Assembly: GCA_964016885.1 (NCBI GenBank)
Contig: OZ024744.1
Span: forward strand, 58,032,001 to 58,096,000
Direction: 5' to 3'
Source of the DNA: Eledone cirrhosa
Lineage: Eukaryota
DNA: 64,000 nt
In this document: positions 28,329 through 41,818 of the stretch, one piece after another
Position numbering within the stretch: position 1 is the stretch's first letter
Layout of the letters: each line of letters opens with the position of its first letter
The notes under the pieces: generated by a model
Seen by the model: only the letters and a program-made list of their open reading frames with translations
What the model was told of the DNA's origin: nothing
The model's database searches: none
Made by a program: the position numbers and the translations under genes

Positions 28329-28902
28329 CCCTCACCCCATCCAAGTACACAACACCTTCCCCTGCCATCTCCAAACCCATAGACCTCCTTTGCTGTAATC
28401 ATCCCACCCCTATACCTATGTCCCCAATTCCTCAGGCTTCTTCCCCACCCTATTCAAGTCACCAAACCTCACCCACCCCTACCCCCACCCATATTCCCAA
28501 CCCTCATCATAAAGTTGTCACCCTGGAGCCTCGAAATTAAGTGCCCAGTATATGGTAGTCGTGTAGGCGTCACAACAAAAAAGCACCTAGACCACACTGT
28601 AAATGTGGTCGGCATTAGGAAGGGCATTCAACTGTAGAAAACAAGCCAAAATCAGTTCCATTTATGTGAATCTAGATCCTCTGACCTGATCTCTAAGAGA
28701 CTGCCCATCCTACCCATGCTAGCATGGAAAATGGACATTAAACGATGATGATGATGATATATATATGTATATATGTGTATATATATATATATATTGTTAT
28801 ACTTTGGGAGGGTCATGCTGCCAATAAAAACACTCACACCTGTTAGTTTTCACTTCAATTTATTATAAGTATCCAGTTGGTTGGTTTGATAACTGGAAGG
28901 TT

Positions 28903-28945
28903 GTCAAAGCTCTTTCGTCACATATTCTGTGACCTCCTCAGTGAC
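28903..28945 (-). ncRNA. Minimal type I hammerhead ribozyme (same family as 59143/59315)
   Basis: Reverse complement: GTCA CTGAGGA G GTCACA gaata TGTGAC GAAA GAGC TT TGAC, inside TA-flanked module 28791-29012. Confidence 0.7.
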
Positions 28946-29215
28946 TAGGTTTTTATTTTGTGTCTCTCCTTTGTTCTGACCTACACCATCTTGTTTTTGT
29001 GTGTTGTGTGTTGTATATATATATATATAAAATAATGAGTGTAACTGAAGTTGCAGCTGCACTATAGCAGATAAACAATCAAATCATGAAAGGCAATTAC
29101 AAAGCACTCAATGAGTGAGGAATTAATAAATTTCTACTCAGAGTTAACACAAAAAGTTAAGGAATAGAGACACCAAGAATAAATCTACCAGAAGCATATT
29201 GCCTCAGTAATACAA

Positions 29216-29269
<54 letters not shown>

Positions 29270-30359
29270 AATACCACACAACTAATGCACCTGTAATGTT
29301 AAAACCCTCACTGTAGAATTAAGTATGCACTACAATAAGTGTACAGACACCATCAACACTATAATACTTTCTAACTGCCAACCAAATTACTTCAATGATG
29401 GAAATAGAAGATTCTACGCACACACAACTGAACCAAGTACCACCGCCCTTAGGCAACAATATTGTACCTACATTGCAAAAAAACTTTTCCTCTAGAATAC
29501 GAACTATTTAATAATAGGTATAACTACAACACCAACAGACTACTCGACACCCACACAACACACACACATACACAAGGCACACACACAATGCATATATAAC
29601 ACCCACACAACACACATACAACATACATGTAACACACACACACAAAACACTCATAAAAACTGCCACACCAATAGGATGATTTATTGAATTTTTACCCATA
29701 GCCAATGCCAATTTTTTAGACAAAAGTCTCCCAACAAGAAACTAAAACACATTATCAAACAACTTTCCACCCCATATTAACCCCCCACCCCACCCCCACT
29801 GTACTGAGGGCCTAGGTCATAAAAAATAAAAATATATAAAACATAAGATAAAGACAATAACAAACATCATCACCACTAATTTCCTTACATATACAACTAT
29901 ATACCTCCATATCTTTCTTCACCTCTTGCTGTATATTTTTTTCCTTTTTCCTTCCTTTACCCTTTTTAATTTTTTTCCTCCAATGGCTCATCACAAAGTC
30001 CCTTTCCTGATAATTCCCCATACCTGTCAATCAAACCATACCCCCCTTACACACTAGATGTACTTTTGAAACAAGCTGAATCAAATTAGATTTAGTTTTT
30101 CATTTGCTATCAAACATAAAAGCTTAGCTAAAGGTCAGGCAATCCTTATTTTGCAAGATTCTTGATGTGAAATCATGTGTTGAAACAGATATTGTTATGT
30201 TTGGGGGTGGTCATTTTGCCAAATTTTACCAATAAAAACACATATATCATTTAACTTACACTTCAGCTTAATTATTATTAGTTACTAGTAAAAACTCCGT
30301 CAAAAAAACATCACTACACTGGCGGGTAAAATACACACACACACACAAACAATGCTCTA

Positions 30360-31300
30360 GCCAAAATGGATTTAGACCATCTTGCTCTACTACCTAAAAT
30401 GTCTTGGCTCTAAAAAGAATTGTTGAGGAACTACAGAATCACAAGAAGGAGGCAGCAATTGTATTCATAGACTTCAAGAAGGCTTTCAATTTGATCAACC
30501 AAAAGAAAATCCTCCAAATTCATTTTGTGTATAGGATACCTCATCAGATTTGAATGCAATTAAAGTTATATATGTGAATACTTCAGAACTTATAATGTCA
30601 CCCGAAAGACTCAGACTTATTCTTCATTCAAACTGGAGGCCTCCAGGAAACCCTCTGGCTCCAGTCCTTTTTGTAATCTGCCTTGATTATGCATTGTGTA
30701 ATGCCTTTGCAGCATCAGTTGAGATAATCCTGAAATGTTGGCAAAGTACCAGACATCCAGAGGAAATGCTATCTGAACTGGCAAATGACATAGTTCTCTT
30801 GAAAAATACCATCAGAGATGGCCTTATCACACAGAGTGGAGGCTGCAGTGTAGTCCATTGGATTCTTCTTGAATACTGACAAAACAAAATTCTTTTCACT
30901 TGGCAGTTCCATGAACACAGAACATTATGTAGATACCAGGAGAGGATAGGCAAGGTATGGTGAGCTCTCAAATCCTTATCAAAACAATGAAAATGAGGTT
31001 AATGCAACAGTTGAGTACATTCTTCTCTATGGATGTGAGTCATGGACATTAACAAAAAAACACACACAATGAGGATTAATGGCACATTCACACATATGCT
31101 GAGAAAGATCCAGAACATATCCTGGTTCACACCCTCGCCTTTCTGACATAATAAGGCATAGGAGGCTCACATTAGCCGGACATGTGAAACGTCACAATGA
31201 ACCTGCTGGCAGAGTTCTTTTCTGAAAACCTTATACATGCAGATGAGTTGTGTGACCAAACATCACACTAAAGGATATTCTTGAAGATGACACTGGGTAG
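30360..31300 (+). mobile_element. Old RTE-clade LINE remnant
   Basis: AAIVFIDFKKAFN, PLAPVLFVICLDYAL, ILLYGCESWTLTK, IRHRRLTLAGHV. Confidence 0.8.
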
Positions 31301-32396
31301 TGTGAGCTTGAAGTTTTAGTCTGCCAAATTTTGTTTACAAGGCATTAGATAGCCTAAGGCTATAGCAGAAGAAACCAAATGTGCCACTACCACACAGCAA
31401 GCTAGAACCTTAAGCATTTAATTGTGAAGTAAACTCATTACCCTCTTAGCCATGCCTATACCTGTAGCTATATTTAAGAAAGTGTGGTTGTGTGTGTGCA
31501 CATTTGTGTATGTATGTGTATATATTACTGGCAGAGAAAAACAAAAAGTGAGAGAGAAAGAGAGAGTAAAGAAGGAAGGAGCTAAAGGGGAAGAAAACAG
31601 AGAGAGGGATAGAGAGAGAGAGAGGGGGGAGAACAAAACAGAAGAAAGAAAAAGAGAGAAAGGAGAGAGAAAAGTTATGGGAGTGGGATAAGATGTTTAC
31701 TAAAGGGTCAACAGCCAACTGGAATTTGTCCAGTCATAATCATAATTAAAAAAAATAAAAAGGTGTGGGCACAAATAAAATTTAAAAGTGAAAAATGTAA
31801 AGAAGTAAGAAGGCTAAAAGCAGAAATAAAGTAGGGAGGATGATCACGAATGGAAGCAGCTGATTGTTTTAGCCAAAAAAGGTAACAATATGTGCCAATG
31901 TTACTGAAATTTCTAGACATATATATTGATTTCTGTTTCGCCCAGACACACAACCCTGGGGATATATATATATATATATATATCCTAGGGATATATATAT
32001 ATATATATATATCACAGATGATCCAAATTTTCCCTTCACCTACATATATATATATATATATATATAGCATTTTGTTGTTGTAGTAGTTGTTATTGTTGTT
32101 GCTGCTGTTGTTGTTGTTGTTTAGCTCCCTAAGTTAGACCAGATTGAGCAACCCTATAATCAAATATCAAGGGTGTTCCTGACAGGACACCCCTATCTTT
32201 TGTTTAAGAAACCAACACCTTGTGAGTGGAATTTAGTCGACAGAAACTGTGTATTCAATTTAGATTGTGCATGCCACATCTCTGTCATAAGATGTGATTA
32301 AAAGGATTGGCACCGAGTAAAGCATTCAGCAATAAAACGTTGCCTTAAAAAAGATCTCATTATAAATACGTATGCGTATCTATCTCCTTCTTTCTC

Positions 32397-32490
<94 letters not shown>

Positions 32491-32620
32491 GAAATATCCA
32501 CGGTAAGTTGTGGGGTATAGTCTGCATGAAGAACTCAATGTAATCCATATGTTGAAAATGTTGTAGGTTAAAATAAATCCAGGAAAACAATAAAACATTA
32601 AAAGGAAAACAGAGTCATGA

Positions 32621-33348
32621 TATAAGTTAAAACAATGAAATAAAAAATTAAGTCATTAGGAATATACTTCACTGCTTTACGATCGTTTCTAGATGATGAT
32701 AATACATTGTAACTATACTTCGTTATCGATCTATGTAAGGTTAGTTACAAAATATCAGATAAAGAGAATATTTATTTACATGCATATCACCTCTTTCCAT
32801 ATACTCTTACATGCATATACTGTCTTTCCTAGTCATGACCTTAATTTATATTCACCTAAAAACTCCATACAACACAAGTCAACATTTAATTTTTACATTC
32901 CTTTTAAACTTCGATATACCATATACATTCAACTATCAATTTGACAATCCCTTTCTTCCTAATAGATTTTTTATAGCAATTCTATTATTAATACCATTCA
33001 ACCATTCCTTTCAAAGGGTCATGACCTCAACTAAAGTGAATTATTTTTTATCTTAACATCATATGGAAAAAACAATCTGATTGGTTAGTTCTTCAGCTAC
33101 CTCCAAATAAGGTCATAGAACTAAACTTACTACTAATTTAATACTAATTTTGAATAAAATTATTATTGCTTTTGACAATAGCTGGTGATATGCATGTAAG
33201 TAAATATTCTCTTTATCTGATATTTTGTAACTAACCTTACATAGATCGATAACGAAGTATAGTTACAATGTATTATCATCACCTAGAAACGATCGTAAAG
33301 CAGTGAAGTATATTTCTAATGACTAGATTTTTTATTTCATTGTTTTAA

Positions 33349-33354
<6 letters not shown>
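32621..33354. repeat. ~170-bp inverted repeat pair ending at a (TA)n run
   Basis: 32621-32791 is the reverse complement of 33184-33354 with few mismatches. Confidence 0.85.
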
Positions 33355-33436
<82 letters not shown>

Positions 33437-34050
33437 CACCATTTTTCACCTGCTTTCCATGCTGGCAATAGTTGGGTGGATTGTCATGGTCTGAATCAGT
33501 ATTTATTTGATGTAAGAGATATCAAATCAAGGTAAGGAGTCTGATGTAGCTGATAGTAAGGTAAAAGTTTCATGTACTAATAATAAAGTAAACGACTCTT
33601 GAATAATATATAAGATCCACAGATAGCTAAGTTGATACAGTGCTGGACTATCAGTTGTAAGTCAATAGTTGTATTTCTGCTAATTTACTGTTGAATTGGC
33701 AGGGTCATTAGGACATCAGTATTTGTTCCAACTCACTGCATTCCAAGTTCAAATCCCACCAAGGTCAACTTTGCCTTTCATCCTTTCAGGATAAATAAAT
33801 ACAGTACCAGTTCAGGAACAGTGGATTGGCAGAATTATTAAAGAGTCAGATGGCTTTGTGCATTCTGAGTTCAAATCTTGCCTCCTTTTTGCCCAGGTGT
33901 TGTGACCAGCAGATAGTATCAACAATGGAAAGACAATGGAAAATTATTTCTTGGGTCCAATCTGATAATCAGCTTGTTCTTTTATATTCCCTTGTATTTC
34001 CTCACAGAAACTAGGGTATGTTACAGTGTCCATAGTAAACATTCTTAACT

Positions 34051-34219
34051 CAGGGTTTCCCAAACTTTTTCAAATGTGGAACCCTTTTTGGTTCAGAAAG
34101 TATATGGTCATAATATATATATATCAATATAAATATACTCCTCTACCTTTTATCATGGAACCCCAGACACTCCTTTGCAGAACCCTTGGATTCCACAGAA
34201 CCCATGTTGGGAACCACTG
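34051..34219. mobile_element. hAT (Charlie-like) MITE
   Basis: TIRs CAGGGTTTCCCAA / TTGGGAACCACTG; 8-bp TSD TCTTAACT/CCTTAACT. Confidence 0.8.
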
Positions 34220-35130
34220 CCTTAACTCTTTAAACACTAACATATCCAAAACCAGTTCCATTGAATTGATAAAATTTAAATGCAAATCTTGGACTGAAAT
34301 TTCATTATTACATGGTAGCTTGCAGCAGTAAACTATGTTTTATTATTAAGTTGAAATATGGTGGATTGGTAGTATTGGTAGAGGGTTGGACGCCATGCTT
34401 TGACGCATAAAGTTATGGTCCTTGCCATTCTGAGTTCAAATCCCGCCGAGGTTAACTTTGCCTTTCATCCTTACGGTGGGTCGATAAAATAAAGTACCAG
34501 TAATGCACTGGGTAATTGTGCCAAAAGTAGAAACAATTATTAAGTTGAAATGCAGGGCAGTGGATTGAGAGAGTTGTTAGAACATCGGACAAAATGCTCA
34601 GCGGTATTTGTTCTGTAGCTTTACATTCTGCGTTCAAATCCTTCTGGGGTTGATAAAATAAATTACCAATAAAGAATTAGGGTTCATATAATTGGCTTTC
34701 CCCACAACCCAAAATTACTAGCCTTGTACTTAAACTAGAAATTGTTATTAAGTTGAAATTCTTTCTGGTATTTAGTTACAACTTTTTACATTCTGAGTTC
34801 AAATCCTGCCAAGGTCAACTCTGCCTTTCATCTTTTCAGGGTTAATAAAATAAAGTACCAGTTAAATAGCGGGTCAATTTAATCAACTTTCTTATTCCCT
34901 CAAATTACTGGCTTTGTGCCAATGCTAAAAAGAATTATTGAATTGAAAGATAATTATTTCATTAAACCTCTGATAATTATTGATTACTTTGATAATTAAA
35001 CACAAAAGGTATATGAGGGTTGGCTAAAAAGTTTATAGAGTGACTGTGAAGAAGTGATGCTAGAGCTGTGAAATCTTGCATGCATTGATATATATATATA
35101 TATCTGCAACTACAACTACTGCCATATGTA

Positions 35131-35173
<43 letters not shown>

Positions 35174-35196
35174 GCAAACCACAACTACTTCCATTA

Positions 35197-35260
<64 letters not shown>

Positions 35261-35262
<2 letters not shown>

Positions 35263-35606
35263 AGGCACATGGCTCAGTGGTTAGAGCATTGGCCTTGCAA
35301 TCGAAAGGTTGTGAGTTCAATTCTCAGACCGGGTGATGTGTTGTTTCCTTGAGCAAGACACTTTATTTCACATTGCTCCAGTTTACTCAGCTGTACAAAT
35401 GAGATGATAGGGACTGGGGTCCATATCATTCCACTGCAAAGTGGTCGTGGAGGTGCCACGGCAAAAACGCACCCAGCCCTCACTGTAAATGAGGTTGGTG
35501 TTAGGAAGGGCATCCAGCTGTAGAAATCAAGCCAGAATCAGTTCCAGTCCCACCCTGGCAAGCAGGGAAAAGTGGACGTAAAATGAAATGATGATGATGA
35601 TGATGA
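35261..35606 (+). mobile_element. tRNA-derived SINE family B with RTE-derived 3' tail
   Basis: tRNA head, then GTTAGGAAGGGCATCCAGCTGTAGAAA and GCAAGCAGGGAAAAGTGGACGTAAAATG(ATG)n, both shared with RTE 3' ends in this window. Confidence 0.85.
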
Positions 35607-35609
35607 TTC

Positions 35610-35846
35610 ATTAGTTAAGCAAACCAAGACCACAAATTTCACAAGGAAGACATGATTAAAAGATTGTCAACATATTTTTAGTTTAATGTAAGGAATGTAG
35701 AGAATAATAATAATAATAATAATAATAATATTAATAATATTATTAATATTATTCTCTACATTCCTTACATTAAACTAAAACTATGTTGACAATCTTTTAA
35801 TAATGTCTTCCTTGTGAAATTTGTGGTCTTGGTTTGCTTAACTAAT
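35610..35846. repeat. Foldback with ~100-bp arms around a (TAA)n/(TTA)n centre
   Basis: ATTAGTTAAGCAAACCAAGACC..GTAGAGAATAAT mirrored by ATTATTCTCTAC..GGTCTTGGTTTGCTTAACTAAT. Confidence 0.9.
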
Positions 35847-36042
35847 AAATATTTCCAGCTCTGTGCACCTAACCTCTGCATGAACCCAGCCACCTAGCTG
35901 CTTTCTACTGCATATTGCACATTGAGCACATGCCTTTACGCTTTGGTTTCTAACTAATTCACCAATTTCTCTTCTCCTCTCCTATCTCCATCTCTCTCTT
36001 TAAGATTGGTTACTCTTGAACTGTGTATATATATATATATAA

Positions 36043-36428
36043 TAGAATATTTTCGTATCGTGAGAGAGTAGAGGTTTAAAGGGATAAACGATACATATAG
36101 TTAATTGCCAAAAGCTGGTGCATTTGTGCTCAATACTAGTGCCTCAGTACTGAACAATCTCTAGATTTGTATGCCCTTGAGAAGCCCTTTGGGCGAAACG
36201 TACGTAGGTGCTTTTGTATAAATATGTTCTAACAGTATGTATTCTCCTTTGTAATCCTTTCATTTGTAACCGCTCTGCTTATATTCTCGCCCACTAAATA
36301 TTAACAGTTCCGATATCTAACCCTGTAGGCACAAGTATTGAGCACAAATGCACCAGCTTTTGGCAAATAACTATATGTATCGCTTATCCCTTTAAACCTC
36401 AACTCTCTCACGATACGAAAATATTCTA
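36043..36428. repeat. TA-flanked module with ~102-bp terminal inverted repeats and an HHR in the spacer
   Basis: 36043-36144 is the reverse complement of 36327-36428. Confidence 0.9.
36173..36211 (+). ncRNA. Minimal hammerhead ribozyme, U3-A8 core
   Basis: GCCC TTGAGAA GCCC ttt GGGC GAAA CGTACG TA GGtGC; palindromic helix III. Confidence 0.75.
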
Positions 36429-36440
36429 TATATATATATA

Positions 36441-38907
36441 CAGTGAGTCCTCGATATACAGTATATATGTGTTCCTGAAAACCTTTACCATCTATCGAAT
36501 TACCATATAAAGAACCCATTATAACATGAAATAGATAGGGATGCGTTCGAGCACATCGAAAAAGTCATCCCTACAGAAAAGAAATGTTTTTTTTTTTATT
36601 TACTGTACCTTACACATGCCGCGTAGTCCATCAGATGATGTGCCTCTTCATTTGTCCCTTCCAAGGCTAAGGGACAGTATGGGTTTCAGCCCTTACTCAT
36701 CTTGGGCTGAGTTAGCAGAGGAGGATGAGGGTGATGTGAGAGGCTCAAAACCAACAAACTCGTTGACTGCAGTGGATGTTGAAGGGCCAGCTGTAGCTCG
36801 GTTGGCAGGTGTGACTGGCTTGAAGAAAGAATAGATGGAGGACTGTTTGGCAGTGATTCTTTTGGCTTCATACATTTCTTGGTAAATCTTGATGCTTTTC
36901 TCGACGTTTGAACCACTTTGCAGGTCATGCTCCTTCAGGGTTTCTAAGATTGTTTCGATACTCCCGAGACATTCTCTTAGAGTTTTTATGTCCAAGCCAC
37001 GCACAGGTTCTTCTTCTTTTTCTGTCTCCTGTATCGCCTTGTCTAGTTCTATGAGTTCATCATTGGAGAGTGGTTCAGCGTGGCTTTCCAAAAGGTCTTG
37101 CACATCATCATCATTAACACCATCGAAGCCAGCTCTATGGCAGAGATTTACAATATCTTTTTTAATCACACCAATGTCCTCAGCAAAGCTTTGCAAGTCA
37201 TTCACACATGCTGACCATAATTTCTTCCAGACCAAGTTCATGGTAGACTGCTTCACTTCTTCCCAAGATGCTTTGATGTTGTCTAAGCTGTGCTTGATGT
37301 TGTACAATTTCCACCATTCCCTGATCGTGGACTTATCAGGCCCATCTGTGCCCTTTATCAGCTGCTGCGTGGTTCTCCGCTGGTAGTATGCCTTAAATGT
37401 TTTGATGACTGTTTGATCCATCAGCTGAATGAGAGCTGTGGTGTTTGGGGGGAGAAACAAAACCTCAATATTTTCTGACCAGTCTTCCATTGCCCGTGGG
37501 TGGCTGGGGGCGTTGTCCACTAATAGCAGAAAACGGTTGGCAATGTTGTTAACTAATGCATATTCCTTAAGGGTTGGTGACAGATATGAGGTGAAAAAAT
37601 CCTGGTGAATTGAAGTGATCAGCCATGCCTTCTTATTAGACTTCCATATCACTGGTAGGTATTGCTTAAGTAACCCCTTGAGTGCTCTTGGAGTTTCAGA
37701 ATGGTAGATAATGAGTGGCTTTAGCTTTAAATCTCCTTCTGCATTCCCTCCAAGTAACAGAGTAACGCGGTCCTTTGCGGCTTTGAACCCCTTCGCACTT
37801 TTCTCCTCCTTGTCAATATAAGTATTACTGGTCATCTTTTTCCAATAAAGTCCTGTTTCATCATAATTAATAACCTGTTTTTTGCTGTATGCCTTCTCTG
37901 CAATGCATTTCTCTAACTCTGCCTTGAATTTTTCAGCACTCTCTTTGTTGGAACTGGCAACCTCACCTGTAACTTTTATGTTGTGAAGACTCGAACGTCA
38001 TTTGAACTTATCAAACCAGCCTTTGCTTGCCTTGAATACAAAGTCCTCCACCCCCATTTCGGTCTTGAGCCTGTCAATAATGGACAATGCTTTCTCACTG
38101 ATTACATTTAAAGACAGAGGCATATTTTGACGATTTTGGTCGTCGATCCAAATTTTGAGCAACCTTTCGATCCTATCCATAATCGGCTCACGATGTTTGG
38201 TCAACAATTTATTCTGTAGACTCGTAGCATTCTCTCCAGCTTTTTTTGACAGCCTCACTATTTTTTAAAACAGTCCTGACTGTAGACTGGGCTAGGCCTA
38301 AGTTACGACTTATGGCGGACGTACCTTGCCCCTGTTCCTTCCTTTTCAAAATGTCCAGCTTTATCTCCAAAGTCAGGCTCTTCCTCATGCGTTTGGCCTT
38401 TCCATCTGCATCAGCAATATTCGCAGGATGTTTTGGGACCATGAGGTATGGGGTTATAAGATATGCAGTGATAATTATGCTCCAAAAACACGCCGTCGGG
38501 TTTTCTCTTACTTTGAATGATGTCATAACTCTTAACTGATCACTTCAGTTCGGCAAAAATTCTCTCACTGAGAGGACACACTAGTTTGCCAAACTGAAGT
38601 GATCAGTTAAGAGTTATGACGTCATCGACCAATATCTGAACTCGCTCGTGATTGGCCAGTTTCTCGGTAAGGTCAGTTAGTACGATAGCAGTAATAACAC
38701 AATTTTCCTAGAATTCGAATAGAAGTCAGTTTCCACAAATTCAAGGGGGAATTCATTGCTTACTACAGGTGGCACTACGGTACAATATAAACAAAAACCG
38801 TATCTGAGAATTTTTTTTACCGTAAATAGAATTGATGGTAGTAATTACCCAAAACCGTATCTGTGAATTTACCGGATAAAGAACTACCGTATATCGAGGA
38901 CCCACTA
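36441..38907 (-). mobile_element. Full-length Tigger/pogo DNA transposon
   Basis: 23-bp TIRs CAGTGAGTCCTCGATATACAGTA / TACCGTATATCGAGGACCCACTA, TA flanks, ~2.47 kb. Confidence 0.95.
36693..38442 (-). pseudogene. Tigger-family transposase (HTH_psq/CENP-B + DDE_1), disrupted
   Basis: KRMRKSLTLEIKLDIL, FKASKGWFDKFK, NYDETGLYWKKM, GFKAAKDRVTLLLGGNAEGD, LLVDNAPSHP, FLPPNTTALIQLMDQ; frameshift ~38250 and stop at 37998. Confidence 0.9.
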
Positions 38908-39271
38908 TATATATAAATGATAATAATAAATGTGAATATTTCCTGTACATGCATCAGCATGTCTTTATGGGTTCTGGCTTCTGGCTTCTGGCTTCAGCAA
39001 ATATGTGTGTTGTATTGAAGTATTAAAGTAAATAATATATATCACATATGTTGTTGCAAGTTCATATTCTTCTATCATCCATTTAATTATAAGTGTTTCA
39101 CTACACTGTGCAGTCATAGAATAGAGACTATAGGGTAGTAGCGAGTCTTTAAAAAAGAAACTGTTTTATTTAAAGATCAGTTCAGGTTCAAATCTCATCA
39201 AAGGTGTTGCACTAGAACTATTTCAATTATGTCTCTGCTTATTACTGGTTCATATTCTAACTTTGCTTAAT

Positions 39272-39490
39272 TACGAGGGTATAGGTTAAAAAGTTCATAG
39301 GCTGTCTATGAAAGAGTGATGCCAGAACTGTGAAATCTTACATGCATTAATTTCAACTATTCTTATTAATCAAATCATTGTTTTTTTCCAGGGACTATAT
39401 TGAAAAATAAACCTCATTTGGTCATCCATGAGTATCTTGGTCAGCCTATAAACTTTTTAACTGATAAACTTTTTCAGCTGACTCTTTTAT
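39272..39490. mobile_element. mariner-like MITE
   Basis: TACGAGGG..AAAAAGTTCATAGGCTG with inverted CAGCCTATAAACTTTTT; partial homolog at 35013-35087. Confidence 0.55.
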
Positions 39491-40329
39491 AGTCTTGTTA
39501 GAAATATAGTAACAAAAGAGTTCATGAGAGCATAGTGTATACCAACTTCATGCTATACAGTGTGTGTGTGGTGATAGTGAACTATATACCAACATCATGC
39601 CTTAAAAATCTAAACTATTTCCACACAGCTTGTCTTAAAAAATCCTCAGCATCAAGTGGCATGAGAGGATTTATTGACAGACTCTGACAAACTTGTTCAA
39701 GCAGGCTGTGCTGACTAACTCATTCTTATAGAGTCTACAATTAGAGTGGAGCAGCTTCTAGTAATTTTGTTGTGACCATATATACACATATAAAAGTCGA
39801 TCACGTGTAAAATTCAAGCCCCTATTTTTTGTCCCAAAATTTTGATTTTTCCATGTATCTCATGTAAATATAGACCTTACTTCTTCACAAACAACAGATC
39901 AATATTTGTGAATCAAAGTTTTATCCTGAATATAAATGTTATGATAAGGAAATCAATTTTATTACATCATTATGTCTTAACGTACACATAGAGAAATATA
40001 TATGAGCAATGTATCCTTATTGTATGTGGTTTGGTAGTATGAAGGATGTTTCAATGCATAGAAATATCAGTATTATTACTGGGTAGAGGGTCAGACGCCA
40101 TGCTTAGCAGCATACAGTTACGGCCCTTTACGGTCTGAATTCAAATCCCACCAAGGTTAACTTTGCCTTTCATCCTTTCGGGGTCGATAAAATAAAGTAC
40201 CAGTAATCCACTGGAATAATTGTAGAAACAATTATTACTGTAATTCAAAAGTAGAAACAATTATTACTGTAATTCATTGTTTTACTTTTATTCATCTAGA
40301 ATCCATTTGAGCTTCTACTTATTGTATGA

Positions 40330-41560
40330 ATGACAACCCCTTTAGAGCAGATGACAAGATTTTGAGCAGAGCAGAATGGTAGGTTTCATTGAATTCTGTT
40401 GTTAGATCTTAGATCACAAAGACGAATCAGACAATATTTTTCAAAGTTCTTTATACCTTCATGAACGACAGTTCTCCATTTTTCATAGTCAGCAGCTATA
40501 GCTTCAAAAGAAGTAACAGGTATGTTTACAGATTTAAGATTATTCTTCAGTTTGTCTTTATATCTGAGTAATGGTTTGCCTACATTATGTGCACCATTAT
40601 GAAATTGACTGTATAACAGGACCTTGGGTATGTGATCCTTAGTCATTTTTAAGCATGACTAGCCTGTCTAAGTTGGAATTGCATCAGAAATGACTTAATC
40701 CCACCAATGTTATACTTCATGAACAGATTGGTATTGCAGACTCTGTCAAAAAGTGCCACAACCACAGATAGAGAGAAGACAATGTTTATGGAAGACATCA
40801 AGCTTATAAATGTGGGTGCTATAAAGTGTCCATGACTCCAAGCCACTTTTGTGTTGTCAGTATCACTGCAACTTTTGTTTTCAGGGATATACCTCTGATA
40901 TCCCATAGATGATAGTTTGCCAAAGGTGTCAGTTGCTTTGGAGACGTGATTGACGATTTCATAATCCAGGAATGCAGAGGAGTTTACTTTGCTGCCAAGT
41001 AAATAAAGGAGTTTATATACCTCAGATCCTTTCTATTAACAGTGATGGGGTCATGGGGATCCCTGTGCTTGGCTGTCCCTGTTTAACAACTACTTTTCTA
41101 GAAGGAGAGAGAGAGGGGGAGGCTTTGGCTGTTGTACCACTTCAATCTTCTTAATGCTGATTGCTTAACCAAACACCTTACAGGCAAGCAAGAAGTGGTT
41201 CATCAATTCTTCTGTCTCTTCTCGGGTGACTTTGCAATAAGTGCAGCAGCATCAGCAAACAGTAAATCGCAAATAACACTCATTCATGTAAGTGTTTTAG
41301 CCTTAAAGCACTGATGGTTGAATAACCCACCTGATGTACGGAATTCAAGTGGAGAGATGCTGTGCTGAATAGGACCTGCCCAACCCTTGCAAGCAGGGAA
41401 AAGTGAACGTAAAATGATGATGATGATGATGATGATGATGAAAGCAAAGAGAACAGGAGTCATGACCTAACCCTACTTCATACTATTTGTGACACCAAAG
41501 GGTTCAGAGCATTTGCCATTTTATATAACTGATACTTTCATGCCCTCATGAAAAGATATA
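40330..41560 (-). mobile_element. Old RTE/BovB-like LINE remnant with an inserted RTE tail (41350-41440)
   Basis: LLFADAAALIA, HVSKATDTFGKL, MTKDHIPKVLLYSQF..GKPLLRYKDKLK. Confidence 0.75.
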
Positions 41561-41818
41561 ACATTCAGCATATTGTTAGATATGCCAAACTATTTTAGGA
41601 TTTTCTGAGAACTTTATATATATTGGCAATAAAATGTTAAAAAATAATAACTCCATGGTCATCAGCTGTTGAAATGGGTGTACACTGATTTGTCCCCTTT
41701 TGACAGTACTCCTGGTCTATCTAAGGTTACAGTGTCTGACAAAATAGTCAAACACTGTCCTTGAAGTATTAAGATGAAAAAACAAAAAAAAAAACTTATA
41801 TACATGTATGACATTTAA

